From an uncultured Thermococci archaeon (GTDB taxonomy: Archaea; Methanobacteriota_B; Thermococci; Methanofastidiosales; B48-G16): a stretch of 64,000 nucleotides of DNA. How positions within the stretch are numbered: position 1 is the first letter of the stretch; each line of letters begins with the position of its first letter. The translations under genes were made by a program, and so were the position numbers. Below, in pieces: positions 28,668 through 38,832 of the stretch. The stretch spans positions 1-64,000 of the forward strand of contig CAZQQT010000002.1 of assembly GCA_964595645.1 (NCBI GenBank), in the 5' to 3' direction. The notes beneath the pieces are model-generated. The model had not been told where the DNA came from. It was given only the letters and a program-made list of their open reading frames with translations, and searched no databases.

Positions 28668-29927
28668 ATGAGGAAATACTCAATGAATGATGAGAAACAA
28701 AACATTCTCATGGTTTCTGTTCATGGTGATCCTGCAGCAGAGATCGGATCCGAGGAGCAGGGTGGCCAACCTATCTACATAAAAAACATTTCTAGACTCC
28801 TCTCCGACGAGTACATGATTGATATTTTTACCCGAAAGAAAAAGGAATCTGAAGACACTGTGACTCCCCTGTCCCCTGATGTGAACGTAGTGAGAATAGA
28901 GGCTGGTCCTGTTGAGTTTGTACCTAAAAAAGAGCTCTATACACACATCAATGAGTTTTTTATGGGGGTAGTACGATGGAGCAAAGAGCACGATAAGCGA
29001 TACTCCTTAATCCACTCACACTACTGGTACTCCGGTATTGTTGCACTCAAACTGCGGGACGCACTGGAATTTCCTGTAGTTCACAACTGTCATTCGCTTG
29101 GAAGAATAAAGTATGATGTGCTGAACAAGAAAAAGCCCCCGTATGCTGATATGCGGCTGTTGGAAGAGGAAGTAATACTGAAAAGAGCTAATGCAATAGT
29201 CGCATCGACACCCCAAGAGGTAAAGAACATTCTCGATCTTTACGATGTAAGCGGAGAGAACATCGAATTAATACGTGCAGGCGTGGACAAAAGCCTTTTT
29301 AAACCAATAAATAAGGAAAAAGCAGTTGAAAAGACAGGAATGGATTTTGAGAACATTCTTCTCTTTGTTGGGAGAATCACCAAGGCGAAGGGGCTCTCCA
29401 TACTCGTTAAAGCATTAGAAAAAGTTAAAAAACAATTTGATAGTGAGGTAAAACTTCTTGTCGCGGGAGGCGATGTTTCTGGTGTGATGCATTCAGAGGA
29501 AGAAGAACGACAAAAACAGAAACTGAAAAAGATGCTTACGGAGCTGGAACTTGAAGACAATGTGAAATTTTTGGGACCTGTGGAACGGGAGGAACTCCCA
29601 TACTATTACTCGCTGGCAGATGTATGTGTGGTTCCCTCACGGTACGAAACCTTTGGTCTTGTTGCAGTGGAAGCCATGGCTTGCGGTGTGCCGGTGGTTG
29701 CATCGAAGGTGGGAGGTCTCGAGCACACGATTAAACATGGATACTCTGGACTCCATTTTGTTCCCGGAAAGGCGGATTCTCTGGCTGAATCAATATTGAA
29801 TCTTCTAAAAAACTCTCAAAAATTAAAAAAGATGCGAATGAATGCTCGAAAAAGAGCGGCTAGACGATTTAGTTTGGAGAGGACAGTGGAACAGATAAAG
29901 AAATTGTATAGATCCTTAATTTTCTGA
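28668..29927 (+). CDS. GT4 glycosyltransferase, sucrose-phosphate-synthase-like (GT-domain-only type)
   Basis: SVHGDPAAEIGSEEQGGQ, HSHYW, HSLG, ASTPQE, VGRITKAKG, PSRYETFGLVAVEAMACG; adjacent SPP-like gene. Confidence 0.72.
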   Translation: MRKYSMNDEKQNILMVSVHGDPAAEIGSEEQGGQPIYIKNISRLLSDEYMIDIFTRKKKESEDTVTPLSPDVNVVRIEAGPVEFVPKKELYTHINEFFMGVVRWSKEHDKRYSLIHSHYWYSGIVALKLRDALEFPVVHNCHSLGRIKYDVLNKKKPPYADMRLLEEEVILKRANAIVASTPQEVKNILDLYDVSGENIELIRAGVDKSLFKPINKEKAVEKTGMDFENILLFVGRITKAKGLSILVKALEKVKKQFDSEVKLLVAGGDVSGVMHSEEEERQKQKLKKMLTELELEDNVKFLGPVEREELPYYYSLADVCVVPSRYETFGLVAVEAMACGVPVVASKVGGLEHTIKHGYSGLHFVPGKADSLAESILNLLKNSQKLKKMRMNARKRAARRFSLERTVEQIKKLYRSLIF

Positions 29928-29935
29928 GGTATGCG

Positions 29936-30631
29936 ATGGAGTATATTCTTATCTGCGATCTGGATGGCACTCTTACCGGTGACAGAGATGCGATCCTGGA
30001 GTTCAATAGGGTACTCTCTTCCTACCGTGGAGAGTTCTATCTGGTGTACGCTAGTGGAAGGTACAAGAAATCGATGATCTCGCTTATACATGAGGAGGAT
30101 CTGCTGGTACCGGATGCAATTGTCGCGAATGTGGGCACTGAAATTTATTATGCGCCTCACTGGACACCGGATCGTGCCTGGGAGAAGAGACTCGCCGATC
30201 AGTGGTCCGAGGACGAGATCGTCCAAGTCCTCACACAGTTTGAGATACAGCCCCAGTTGTATACCAAACGGTTTGTACTATCTTACTACGTTGACGACAG
30301 GGACAAGGTAGAGGAAATAGAAAAAAGCATGCGAGACTACGAAGTAAACGTTATCTATACAAAAGGGCACTGTCTTGATGTACTTCCTGTGGCTGCAGGG
30401 AAAGGATCCGCCGCGATGTATTTAAAACATAAGCTTTCTCTCCCAACCATCTGCTGTGGAGATTCTGAAAATGATGTGAGCATGTTGAAGAAAGGGGATC
30501 ATGGTATTCTAGTAGGAAACGCAGCTGAAACGATAAAGGAAACAATGAGAGCCTATTCTCATGTGTGCATCTCGGATTCGTGTCATGCGCATGGTGTCCT
30601 TGAAGGATTACAGCACCACGGTATCCTCTAG
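29936..30631 (+). CDS. HAD-IIB phosphatase, sucrose-phosphate-phosphatase-like
   Basis: DLDGTLTGD, LVYASGR, PDAIVANVGTEIY, LDVLP..AGKG, CGDSEND, VGNA. Confidence 0.8.
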   Translation: MEYILICDLDGTLTGDRDAILEFNRVLSSYRGEFYLVYASGRYKKSMISLIHEEDLLVPDAIVANVGTEIYYAPHWTPDRAWEKRLADQWSEDEIVQVLTQFEIQPQLYTKRFVLSYYVDDRDKVEEIEKSMRDYEVNVIYTKGHCLDVLPVAAGKGSAAMYLKHKLSLPTICCGDSENDVSMLKKGDHGILVGNAAETIKETMRAYSHVCISDSCHAHGVLEGLQHHGIL

Positions 30632-32214
30632 GCCTCGTACCGCAGGATCTTATATATTTCAATATCGTTATCTCGGTATACCGGCTCAAAGTACTCTTCA
30701 TTTCTGAACTTTTCATGGTTTACAGACACGCCAAACTCATTATTTGATTTGTACGCACCAAACCAGCCGGAGGATTCCATATTTCGAGAGATAAATATAT
30801 GAGTGATCCCATATCGTTCTGCGATTTGGAGGGTCTGTTCCATGTCATCAACAGCGTAGAGATCGTAGATATCATCCTGTACCTGTGCTGGTGCCTCGAT
30901 GTACTCGTTGAAGTCGATATTCCGCAGGGGGAATAGGCCGCCGAGCAATGCATTTCCGCCGCAGACACCAGCAAACATCTGTGCAGTGTAGTAATCCGCC
31001 ACTATCCGCGCATCAGGGCCCGTATTATTCCTGAACCATTCTGCAGCTCTGTACTCCCGTTCATTCACCCCTGCATTCGTCAGTTTCCACTCAATATTGT
31101 ATGATGGGAGACCTATCAGTGAAATAAGTATCATCCCGGTGATAATGACCACTTCCAGTACTTCTCTGTCCAGATCCTTCCGTATTTTGTCCAGAAAGAG
31201 CGCGGAGACCAGCGAAAATGGCATGGCCAGGAAGATGTAGAACCGATATCCTTCCAACGGTCTTACCATGGTGGACCACATCAGATCGTGCCTGTTGAGT
31301 ATTGCGAGGATGTTCTCTGAAAATACCTCGTAGAAGAGGAATACAGACCAGAGAACAATGAAGGTTTTGTAGTTGAACTTCTTCACACAGAAGTAAACAA
31401 ACCCAATAAATCCGAGGATCATGAAAGGGGCACCGTAGAACTCCAGATGTCCGGAGATCCCCTGTAAAAGTGTGGAGGTCGAGATATGGAATATCCACCA
31501 TTTGAAGAGGTTGTCCGGTACCCACCACCACGCTGTCATCCCGAGGCTGATGCCGGTGCTTATCAGGAAGAACTTTACCTTCTCTTTGATGGGATGTTTA
31601 TCGATTTTTTCAGCGATAATGTAGAGGAGCAACGTGACAAGCGTGACAAAGTAGGAAAGATGGAAGAGAAAGTTTATTCCCAGAAGTACTCCTAGAATAA
31701 TTGCTCGTTTATGACTATATTCTCCTGAGAAGAGGAGCAGCGCCACGGGAATAATCCAGAGTGTGAATATCTGAAGATCCGCGATTCCCGTTAAATAGAT
31801 GAATGAGGGAGTAAGCGCGAGAATGAGGACGGAGATTCTCCCTATTTGATCTGAGTACCACTTTTTAATCAGGAAGTAGAAGGGAATTGGTGTGAACGCT
31901 TCAAAAAAAGGCACAATGCGTGTACACACAGTGGCAAGATCCAGTGTCGAGATCTTTGACAAGAACGCTAGAAATGCGGGAGAAAGTGGAGGATACCAGA
32001 GGGGGACATACCCATAGGCCAGATATCGGATATCAGGGATGGGAAGAGATCCGTGATCCAGCATGTACTGTGCCATACAGATCCTGTACCACACATCCCC
32101 GAGAAACGAAGGAAGGTGAGGGCTGACCGTTAATTTTGGATACAGCCGTATGATAAGACCTAGAAGATACACGCAGCTCAGGAATGCGATCTCAAATTTT
32201 CTCTCTTTTTCCAT
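30628..32214 (-). CDS. GT-C-fold polytopic membrane glycosyltransferase
   Basis: About 11 TM helices; GDVWY and WYPPL in the first loop; soluble C-domain (AAEWFRNNT...YGITHIF). Confidence 0.65.
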   Translation of the reverse strand: MEKERKFEIAFLSCVYLLGLIIRLYPKLTVSPHLPSFLGDVWYRICMAQYMLDHGSLPIPDIRYLAYGYVPLWYPPLSPAFLAFLSKISTLDLATVCTRIVPFFEAFTPIPFYFLIKKWYSDQIGRISVLILALTPSFIYLTGIADLQIFTLWIIPVALLLFSGEYSHKRAIILGVLLGINFLFHLSYFVTLVTLLLYIIAEKIDKHPIKEKVKFFLISTGISLGMTAWWWVPDNLFKWWIFHISTSTLLQGISGHLEFYGAPFMILGFIGFVYFCVKKFNYKTFIVLWSVFLFYEVFSENILAILNRHDLMWSTMVRPLEGYRFYIFLAMPFSLVSALFLDKIRKDLDREVLEVVIITGMILISLIGLPSYNIEWKLTNAGVNEREYRAAEWFRNNTGPDARIVADYYTAQMFAGVCGGNALLGGLFPLRNIDFNEYIEAPAQVQDDIYDLYAVDDMEQTLQIAERYGITHIFISRNMESSGWFGAYKSNNEFGVSVNHEKFRNEEYFEPVYRDNDIEIYKILRYEA

Positions 32215-32286
32215 ACCATAACATTAGATCGTTCTTTAAAAAAGTTACTAGGTAAATTATAAAAACATGAGAGGTGACCCTCTTGT

Positions 32287-32928
32287 ATGAATATAGAAGA
32301 GCGGGTACGTGAGATTGCGGGATCGGATTTTAAGACGCCCCTGATCATCGTACTTACCACAGGTGTGGTTGCAGGTGTTGTCGGCTGGGTAGTGTCGTTG
32401 AAGATAGAGTATATATGGCCTGAGAGCCTGCCTTTTGGACAGCACTGGGAACTAATAATGGGGGGTTCTACATTATTTAGTGCGATTGTTACCTCTGTTG
32501 TTACATGGCTGCTTATTTTCGGTGCAGTTCATGTGATTTCCGGATTTTTTGGAGGAAACGCCGAGGCACAGCAAATTTTTAAGGTGGGAGGCTACATATT
32601 TCTGATACTCCTGATTGGAAACATTGTTGCTGCCGTTGCAGTGCCATTGATTCCCGAAACAACGATAGACCTCTCCCAGATAGAAGAGGAGGAAATGGCT
32701 GTGAGCGAGGTGATAAAACAGACACAGGACTACCAGCGTTCATTTGGGTATCTCCTCTACGAGGCGATCATTACTATATTTAAAGGTGGCGCCATGATTG
32801 CTACCATACTCGTTGCAGAAGTACTTTATGGGTACTCACGGAGTCGAGCGGCTATTGCCTGTGGAATCCCTTATATCGTCTATATACTGATACCAATTTT
32901 CACAATAATGTTGACCCTGAGCCTCTAA
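32287..32928 (+). CDS. Yip1-like membrane protein
   Basis: About 5 TM helices; HVISGFFGGNA..QQIFKVGGY; YSRSRAAI. Confidence 0.6.
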   Translation: MNIEERVREIAGSDFKTPLIIVLTTGVVAGVVGWVVSLKIEYIWPESLPFGQHWELIMGGSTLFSAIVTSVVTWLLIFGAVHVISGFFGGNAEAQQIFKVGGYIFLILLIGNIVAAVAVPLIPETTIDLSQIEEEEMAVSEVIKQTQDYQRSFGYLLYEAIITIFKGGAMIATILVAEVLYGYSRSRAAIACGIPYIVYILIPIFTIMLTLSL

Positions 32929-33596
32929 TTATCATTATCTTCTTCAGCTTCTTCAAGGCTTTCCACAAACTCAACGTCTTTTATTTTAGGGATATACTTT
33001 TTTACAGCGTCTATGAGATTTTCTTTTTGTTTTTCTTCTATTTCTTCTCCCTCTTTTACTCTCAACGTTCCGTCCGTATATTGGTATTCCAACTCTGTAC
33101 CAATATTCAGTTTTATGAGGATTTCTATCTTTTCATCCAGATCTTCAATTTTTTCGTTGACTTTGATATTGTAAATCACTGTTTTTCCGGCTAAAAAATG
33201 ATTGAAATCTAGACTCACTCGTCCAGAGGTCACATTTCGGACTGTGGCCCATCGTCCATTTACCTCCATCCGTAATCCGGGTCGCGGTGTCACATCGTGT
33301 TTTTTAAACTCTTTCAGCGGCACTTTTACCATGAGTTTGGGGTCTCTTTTGCCGTATCCTTTCTCCGGTGGGACCTCTACCGTTTTTTCCTCTCCCACAT
33401 TTATATCGAGCAGTGCATCATCCATCCCTTCTACCACGTAGCCTGCACCGACCACTGTGTGTATTGGTTCATATATGTAATTTTCTTTGTAAATATCGTA
33501 CTCTTTCGCCTTTTCTTCCATTGTCGTGTCAAATACCTTGTCCTTTCCTGCCATCTTCGCGACATAGTCTATCTCTACGAAGTCTCCTTTCTGCAT
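32925..33596 (-). CDS. FKBP-type peptidyl-prolyl isomerase (archaeal long type)
   Basis: GDFVEIDY, FDTT, PPEKGYG.RD, DFNH.LAGK. Confidence 0.92.
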   Translation of the reverse strand: MQKGDFVEIDYVAKMAGKDKVFDTTMEEKAKEYDIYKENYIYEPIHTVVGAGYVVEGMDDALLDINVGEEKTVEVPPEKGYGKRDPKLMVKVPLKEFKKHDVTPRPGLRMEVNGRWATVRNVTSGRVSLDFNHFLAGKTVIYNIKVNEKIEDLDEKIEILIKLNIGTELEYQYTDGTLRVKEGEEIEEKQKENLIDAVKKYIPKIKDVEFVESLEEAEEDNDN

Positions 33597-33698
33597 ACAA
33601 CCACTCTATGTTTATGAGAACTTTTATGAGTATAAAAGGGTTTTGCCAGATACTTACCGAAAATATTTTTAAAGAGAATCTCCTCTACTCATATAGAG

Positions 33699-33772
<74 letters not shown>

Positions 33773-33844
33773 CTTACCTCGTTCATTTCTTTATGAAGAA
33801 GATCATGCATTGGAGCATATAATATTTTGGTCGAAACAAACAGG

Positions 33845-34276
33845 TTAGTTTGCGTTGTCCAAGTTCTCAAGCACCCTCTCTAGATAGCCTCTGAACTGTG
33901 CTTTTTCATCTTCATCAAACCCCCTCATCATCACTTTTTCAGCTCTTTCATCTATCTCCTCGATGATTTCTTCGATCTCCTTCTCTTTTTCAGTGAGGTA
34001 TATTCTCGTCACTCTCCTATCTTCTCGATCTTTTTCTTTCCTTACGTAACCCTTCTCGACCAGACTGTTGATTACCTTCGAGGTAGTTGATTTGGAGATG
34101 AATAACATCTCACATATCTCTTTCTGGGTCACGCCATCACCCTTCTTGATCAACTTGAAGAGGAGGGGGAACTCGCCGCGATTGAAGTCGTAAGGCCTCA
34201 ACTTCTCTTTGATAAACTTTATAAGTTTCTTGTGGGCAATCTGATACAATTTGTGTATGGTCTCTTTTTCACCCAT
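33845..34276 (-). CDS. MarR family regulator
   Basis: GVTQKEI...SKSTTSKVINSLVEKGYV...DREDRR. Confidence 0.92.
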   Translation of the reverse strand: MGEKETIHKLYQIAHKKLIKFIKEKLRPYDFNRGEFPLLFKLIKKGDGVTQKEICEMLFISKSTTSKVINSLVEKGYVRKEKDREDRRVTRIYLTEKEKEIEEIIEEIDERAEKVMMRGFDEDEKAQFRGYLERVLENLDNAN

Positions 34277-34312
34277 GGTATTCCCTCACTACATAGTATG
34301 TATACCTATCTA

Positions 34313-35770
34313 TTACTTAGTAACGGGCACTTTCGCCTTTTGTTCTATCACCTTTTCTTTCCACGACCCTAGTGAATATACGAATAGTGCGATACCAGCT
34401 GCGATTACATTACTCAGTGCCATTCCCAGCCATACACCCGTTGCGTTCATCTGGAGGTATATGGCAAATATGAAGATCAAGGGGAGTCTGATACCCCAGA
34501 GTCGACTAAGACTCAACGCCATCTGCTGCCGTGTATGTCCAGACCCTCCCAAGATAGAGGTGACACCTCTAAATATGCCGAAGAAGGGCATGGACAGAGC
34601 GAAGATGGTGAGGAAGGTGGCTCCTGCATCGATCACTTCCGTATTCCCCGGCATAAAAAGGCCGATGAGCACATTTCTCAACAGGAAGAGACCGATGGCA
34701 AAAACACCCATGAGTAGGGTGATAGATAAGAGGCCTTTCTTCGTGACGTCTACCGCTCTTTCTTTGTCATCGGCTCCTAAACTTTGACCCACCATAGTAC
34801 TCATCGCCATGGCTAGCCCCCCCATTACTAAAAAGGTGATATTCAAAATTCTGTTGCCAACGCTGTAGGCTCCACCTGCAACCTCTGGATTTGGTAACCT
34901 GTATATTATTGCCCATAGGATTATGAATCCTATCGAACTGCCAAAGCGTCCAGCTGATGCGGGGATACCAATATTAAGGAATTTCTTGATCTTGGATATA
35001 TCTGGTTTCAGATATGACAAATCCACACTTATACCTAGTTTTCCATTGAACAGCAGGTACAGTCCATATATGGTCCCTACTCCCCGGGTCGTTACCGTTG
35101 CGATTGCAGCACCTCGTATACCGAGCATTGGAAACGGCCCCATACCGAAGATGAGGATCGGGTCAACTATCATATTTAATATGACAGAGATGGCGGTGAT
35201 CTTCATTGGAGTGATGGTATCTCCCCAGCCCCTCAATACGAAGATGAACGCGAAGAACAGGAACATGAATGGAAGACCTAGAAAGATGATCTGGAGGTAC
35301 ATCGTTCCGTAATGTGCCAGTTCCTGGCCAGATTGACCAGATCCAGTGAGCAAATTAAGGAAATGGGGGGTCATGAAATATCCTATAATGCCGACTGTCA
35401 CCGAAAAAATAGTAGAGATAATCAATAACTGTCCGGCATCCCTTTCCGCTTCTTCGTAGTTCTTAGAGCCGGTATGTTGGGAGACAAGTGCGAGAGCTGC
35501 CACACCAAACCCTATCCCGATAGAGAGCATCATGAAAACGACGGTCCATGCTTGTCCTACTGCGGTCACAGATAACCGAGCAACATCCCTATCCGGGATA
35601 TGACCGAGCCAAAACGTATCTACAAGATTGTATAAGGTTCTCAACAGTGTGGCTATCATTATAGGCCAACCGAGTTTGAAAAGGATGGAAATGACATTCC
35701 CCTCTATTATCTCATCTTTCTCGGGTCGACCCATTTTTTCTTGTAAATACTCAACCAACTTTACAGCCAT
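34313..35770 (-). CDS. MATE family efflux transporter
   Basis: LYNLVDTFWLG, RGWGDTITPM, LNMIVDPILIFG...GIRGAAIAT; start 35770 or 35734. Confidence 0.92.
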   Translation of the reverse strand: MAVKLVEYLQEKMGRPEKDEIIEGNVISILFKLGWPIMIATLLRTLYNLVDTFWLGHIPDRDVARLSVTAVGQAWTVVFMMLSIGIGFGVAALALVSQHTGSKNYEEAERDAGQLLIISTIFSVTVGIIGYFMTPHFLNLLTGSGQSGQELAHYGTMYLQIIFLGLPFMFLFFAFIFVLRGWGDTITPMKITAISVILNMIVDPILIFGMGPFPMLGIRGAAIATVTTRGVGTIYGLYLLFNGKLGISVDLSYLKPDISKIKKFLNIGIPASAGRFGSSIGFIILWAIIYRLPNPEVAGGAYSVGNRILNITFLVMGGLAMAMSTMVGQSLGADDKERAVDVTKKGLLSITLLMGVFAIGLFLLRNVLIGLFMPGNTEVIDAGATFLTIFALSMPFFGIFRGVTSILGGSGHTRQQMALSLSRLWGIRLPLIFIFAIYLQMNATGVWLGMALSNVIAAGIALFVYSLGSWKEKVIEQKAKVPVTK

Positions 35771-35774
35771 TAGT

Positions 35775-35815
35775 AGTTTCAAATGAAACTTTATTAAATA
35801 GTTTCGGGTGAAACA
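35775..35815. promoter_or_regulatory. Two GTTTC-N4-GAAAC palindromes flanking the MATE TATA box (putative MarR operators)
   Basis: AGTTTCAAATGAAACT (35775-35790) and AGTTTCGGGTGAAACA (35800-35815), with TTATTAAAT between. Confidence 0.7.
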
Positions 35816-35944
35816 AATTGGTATTATCCCGAAGAAAAACAGATACTTTTTAAGAGAGGGCAGGTCACACACATACGAGGAGAAGCGATGACCATTCATA
35901 GTACTTTTTATACTCTTTCTCCGCATACTCTATCTGGTGTTACG

Positions 35945-37018
35945 ATGAAGACTCCAGAAGTAGGTATTACGATAGGGGCGTTTGATCATGGAGAGAGAAA
36001 TACCATCGCCGATGTTGCAGGGGTCAGAATTGGCCATGTCACATGCATAGAAGGCACAGGAAAACTTAATCCTGGAAAAGGACCTGTGAGGACAGGAGTA
36101 ACTGCAGTGCTTCCCCACCGTGGCAACATCTTTAAAGAAAAGCTCCTCGCCAATGCGCACGTAATAAATGGATACGCTAAACCCATAGGACTAATCCAGC
36201 TCTGGGAACACGGTGTGATAGAAACGCCAATTATTCTCACCAATACATTGAGTGTCGGGACAGCGGCAGAAGGACTAATTCGGTACATGATTACTCAGAA
36301 TGAAGAGATAGGGGCGGAGACGGGAACAGTGAATCCGGTAGTACTGGAGTGTAACGATGCATATCTGAATGATATCCGTGGATTGCATATCACTAAAGAC
36401 CATGTGCGAGAGGCAATAGAACGTGCGAGCAAGGATTTCGATGAAGGAGCAGTAGGCGCAGGGACGGGAATGAGTGCCTTTGAACTCAAGTCCGGGATCG
36501 GATCCTCCTCACGAATCGTTGAGATTGAGGGTAATAAGTATACCCTCGGTGCACTGGTACTGAGTAACTTTGGAAAACGGGAGGATCTTACCATTGCCGG
36601 CGTGCCTGTGGGGAAAGAGCTCATGCACATTCCTGGGGGAAGTGAAGTGAGCGATGGAAGTATCATTATGATAGTAGCAACGGATGCTCCTCTGAGTGTA
36701 CGGCAACTCGGGAGAGTTGCGAAACGATCTACAGCGGGATTGGCGCGCACGGGAGGGCACTCTTCTGATGGGAGCGGTGATATCGCGCTGGTGTTCTCCA
36801 CAGCACAGCAAATCCGTTATGAACGAAAAGCACCGTTTACAGTCAACATCCTACCAGATAGTACCCTCACTCCCTTATTCAAAGCGACGACGGATGTTAT
36901 TGAGGAGGCGATAGTGAACGCTCTTCTCGAAGCAGAGACTATGGAAGGGAGAGATTCTCATGTGAGGAACGCACTTCCTCTGGAGGAACTGAGAGAGATC
37001 CTGGATTTGAAGAGATAA
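35945..37018 (+). CDS. DmpA/P1-family aminopeptidase
   Basis: DVAGVRIGH, RTGVTAVLP, TNTLSVG, ECNDAYLND, GAVGAGTGM, autocleavage DG|SII. Confidence 0.9.
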   Translation: MKTPEVGITIGAFDHGERNTIADVAGVRIGHVTCIEGTGKLNPGKGPVRTGVTAVLPHRGNIFKEKLLANAHVINGYAKPIGLIQLWEHGVIETPIILTNTLSVGTAAEGLIRYMITQNEEIGAETGTVNPVVLECNDAYLNDIRGLHITKDHVREAIERASKDFDEGAVGAGTGMSAFELKSGIGSSSRIVEIEGNKYTLGALVLSNFGKREDLTIAGVPVGKELMHIPGGSEVSDGSIIMIVATDAPLSVRQLGRVAKRSTAGLARTGGHSSDGSGDIALVFSTAQQIRYERKAPFTVNILPDSTLTPLFKATTDVIEEAIVNALLEAETMEGRDSHVRNALPLEELREILDLKR

Positions 37019-37060
37019 AGAACCTCCTACTTTTTTATATCTATGGAGAGACATGTACGT

Positions 37061-37855
37061 ATGAAACTCGCACGGATCGTTCATCAGAGAGAGATAACTG
37101 TCGCTGTTGTAAAGGAAGGAAACGTATACCCAATCGATGTAGAAAGTGTATTGGATACAGCGCATGAAGATTTTGAAAGAGAAGTCTCAGTTGAACCCGA
37201 TAAATGGCTTCCACCGGTCAAGCCGAGTAAAATTATCTGTCTCGGATTAAACTATCGGGATCACGCCGAAGAGGTAGGGAAAGAGATACCGGATCATCCA
37301 ACACTTTTCTCTAAAGCGGTTTCCTCGCTGATAGGGCATAGAGATCCAATCATTCATCCGTTGGGAGATACCCAGGTGGATTATGAGGTCGAGCTTGCCC
37401 TTGTGATTGGAAAAAAAGGAAAGAAGATAGAAAGGGGCAATGCAATGGAGTATATCGGTGGGTACACGATTCTCAACGATGTATCAGAGAGAACAGCGCA
37501 GTTTGAGGATGGACAGTGGTTCCGGGGGAAGAGTTTCGATACGTTCTGTCCTCTGGGTCCGTATCTTGTGACGCCAGATGAACTCCCCGATCCGCACGAT
37601 CTGACAGTGGAAACACGGGTTAATGGTGAACTGCGGCAGTCCTCAACAACAAAAAATCTTATCGCCACCATTCCAGAGATTCTTTCCTTCTGTTCGGCGA
37701 GCATGACATTGTATCCCGGCGATGTCATCGCCACCGGCACACCTGGAGGCGTAGGCGTGTTCTACGATCCGCCTAAACTTCTGAAGCCCGGTGACACAGT
37801 GACACTGACGATAGAACGGATCGGTACGCTTGAGAACCCTGTCACCGCCGGATGA
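37061..37855 (+). CDS. Fumarylacetoacetate hydrolase family protein
   Basis: GLNYRDHA, DYEVEL, NDVSER, KSFDTFCPLGP, TGTPGGVG. Confidence 0.93.
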   Translation: MKLARIVHQREITVAVVKEGNVYPIDVESVLDTAHEDFEREVSVEPDKWLPPVKPSKIICLGLNYRDHAEEVGKEIPDHPTLFSKAVSSLIGHRDPIIHPLGDTQVDYEVELALVIGKKGKKIERGNAMEYIGGYTILNDVSERTAQFEDGQWFRGKSFDTFCPLGPYLVTPDELPDPHDLTVETRVNGELRQSSTTKNLIATIPEILSFCSASMTLYPGDVIATGTPGGVGVFYDPPKLLKPGDTVTLTIERIGTLENPVTAG

Positions 37856-38744
37856 TTACGAGCCCGCTCGCGATGAGGACCAACGCTCCCCCGAAGATTG
37901 TGAGGGTGTCCACATACTCACCAAGAATGAAGTATCCGTAGATGACACCGGATATCGGCTCGATTAACATAATCACTCCTGTAGAGACAACGGACACGTG
38001 TTTTACCGAGGTGTAGAAAAGGATCATCCCTAAAAACATGGGAACAAATGCGAACAGAAGAATAAGTCCCCAGAGTTGTAAGGGAAGCGAAAGGGTGAAA
38101 CTCGTGATGATCTCGTTGTTCGTGATACTCCTTGAGAGATACCCGAACAGTACGGTGAATATACTCCTGAAGAGGTAAAACCAGAAAATTGAGATGAGAA
38201 AGTACCGTTTCTGGATAGAGAGTTCCCGTATCATGATGAACTCCACGGAGAGAAGGACACCGCAGATAAGGGAGAGTGAGACACCGACGTAGTTCAACGT
38301 GGAGACATTCCACACCTTGCTAATGAGAACAATCCCGAGAAAGGCGAGCGGCACAGCAATTTTTTTCAACGTGTTGATTCTCTCCGCGAAAAATACCTTT
38401 CCGAAGATGGTGGTCCAGATCGGCTGCGTGTACAGGAGGAGTACTACCACCGCCACCGGTGTCCCGACTGCCACAGCGGAATTCTCAAAGAATCCGAGTG
38501 CTCCCATCACAAGACCGAGAAGGGCGTAGTACCGCAATTCTCGGATATTTATCAAAAAATCCGTTTTTTTGTAGTAGAAAATTATTAAAATATATAACAG
38601 GGCGATAAAACATCGTAAAAATGATTGTTGGAATGAAGATACACCGTGATCCCGTAGCACTGCAGAGAAAGTAGAGATAGTACCAAAACAACATCCAGCG
38701 AGCATAAGAAGGATGTGGTGTTTCAGCGTGTCTGACATAGACAT
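37842..38744 (-). CDS. EamA/DMT family transporter
   Basis: About 10 TM helices; LLYTQPIW, AERI, IEPISG; start reassigned to 38744. Confidence 0.85.
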   Translation of the reverse strand: MSMSDTLKHHILLMLAGCCFGTISTFSAVLRDHGVSSFQQSFLRCFIALLYILIIFYYKKTDFLINIRELRYYALLGLVMGALGFFENSAVAVGTPVAVVVLLLYTQPIWTTIFGKVFFAERINTLKKIAVPLAFLGIVLISKVWNVSTLNYVGVSLSLICGVLLSVEFIMIRELSIQKRYFLISIFWFYLFRSIFTVLFGYLSRSITNNEIITSFTLSLPLQLWGLILLFAFVPMFLGMILFYTSVKHVSVVSTGVIMLIEPISGVIYGYFILGEYVDTLTIFGGALVLIASGLVIIRR

Positions 38745-38832
38745 GGTAAGATCCTCGTCTTTATATGGATTTGCTAGAGAATTCATAATACTTATAAGAC
38801 TTTTAAGAGACGATAGTTTTTTCATTATAAAA

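Noticed and set aside
28668-29927. MshA (mycothiol glycosyltransferase)
   Set aside because: Shares HSHYW, but the N-terminal SVHGDP..GGQ motif and the SPP-like neighbour fit SPS-type enzymes better; not fully excluded without phylogeny
30628-32214. AglB oligosaccharyltransferase
   Set aside because: Lacks WWDYG and is shorter than typical AglB
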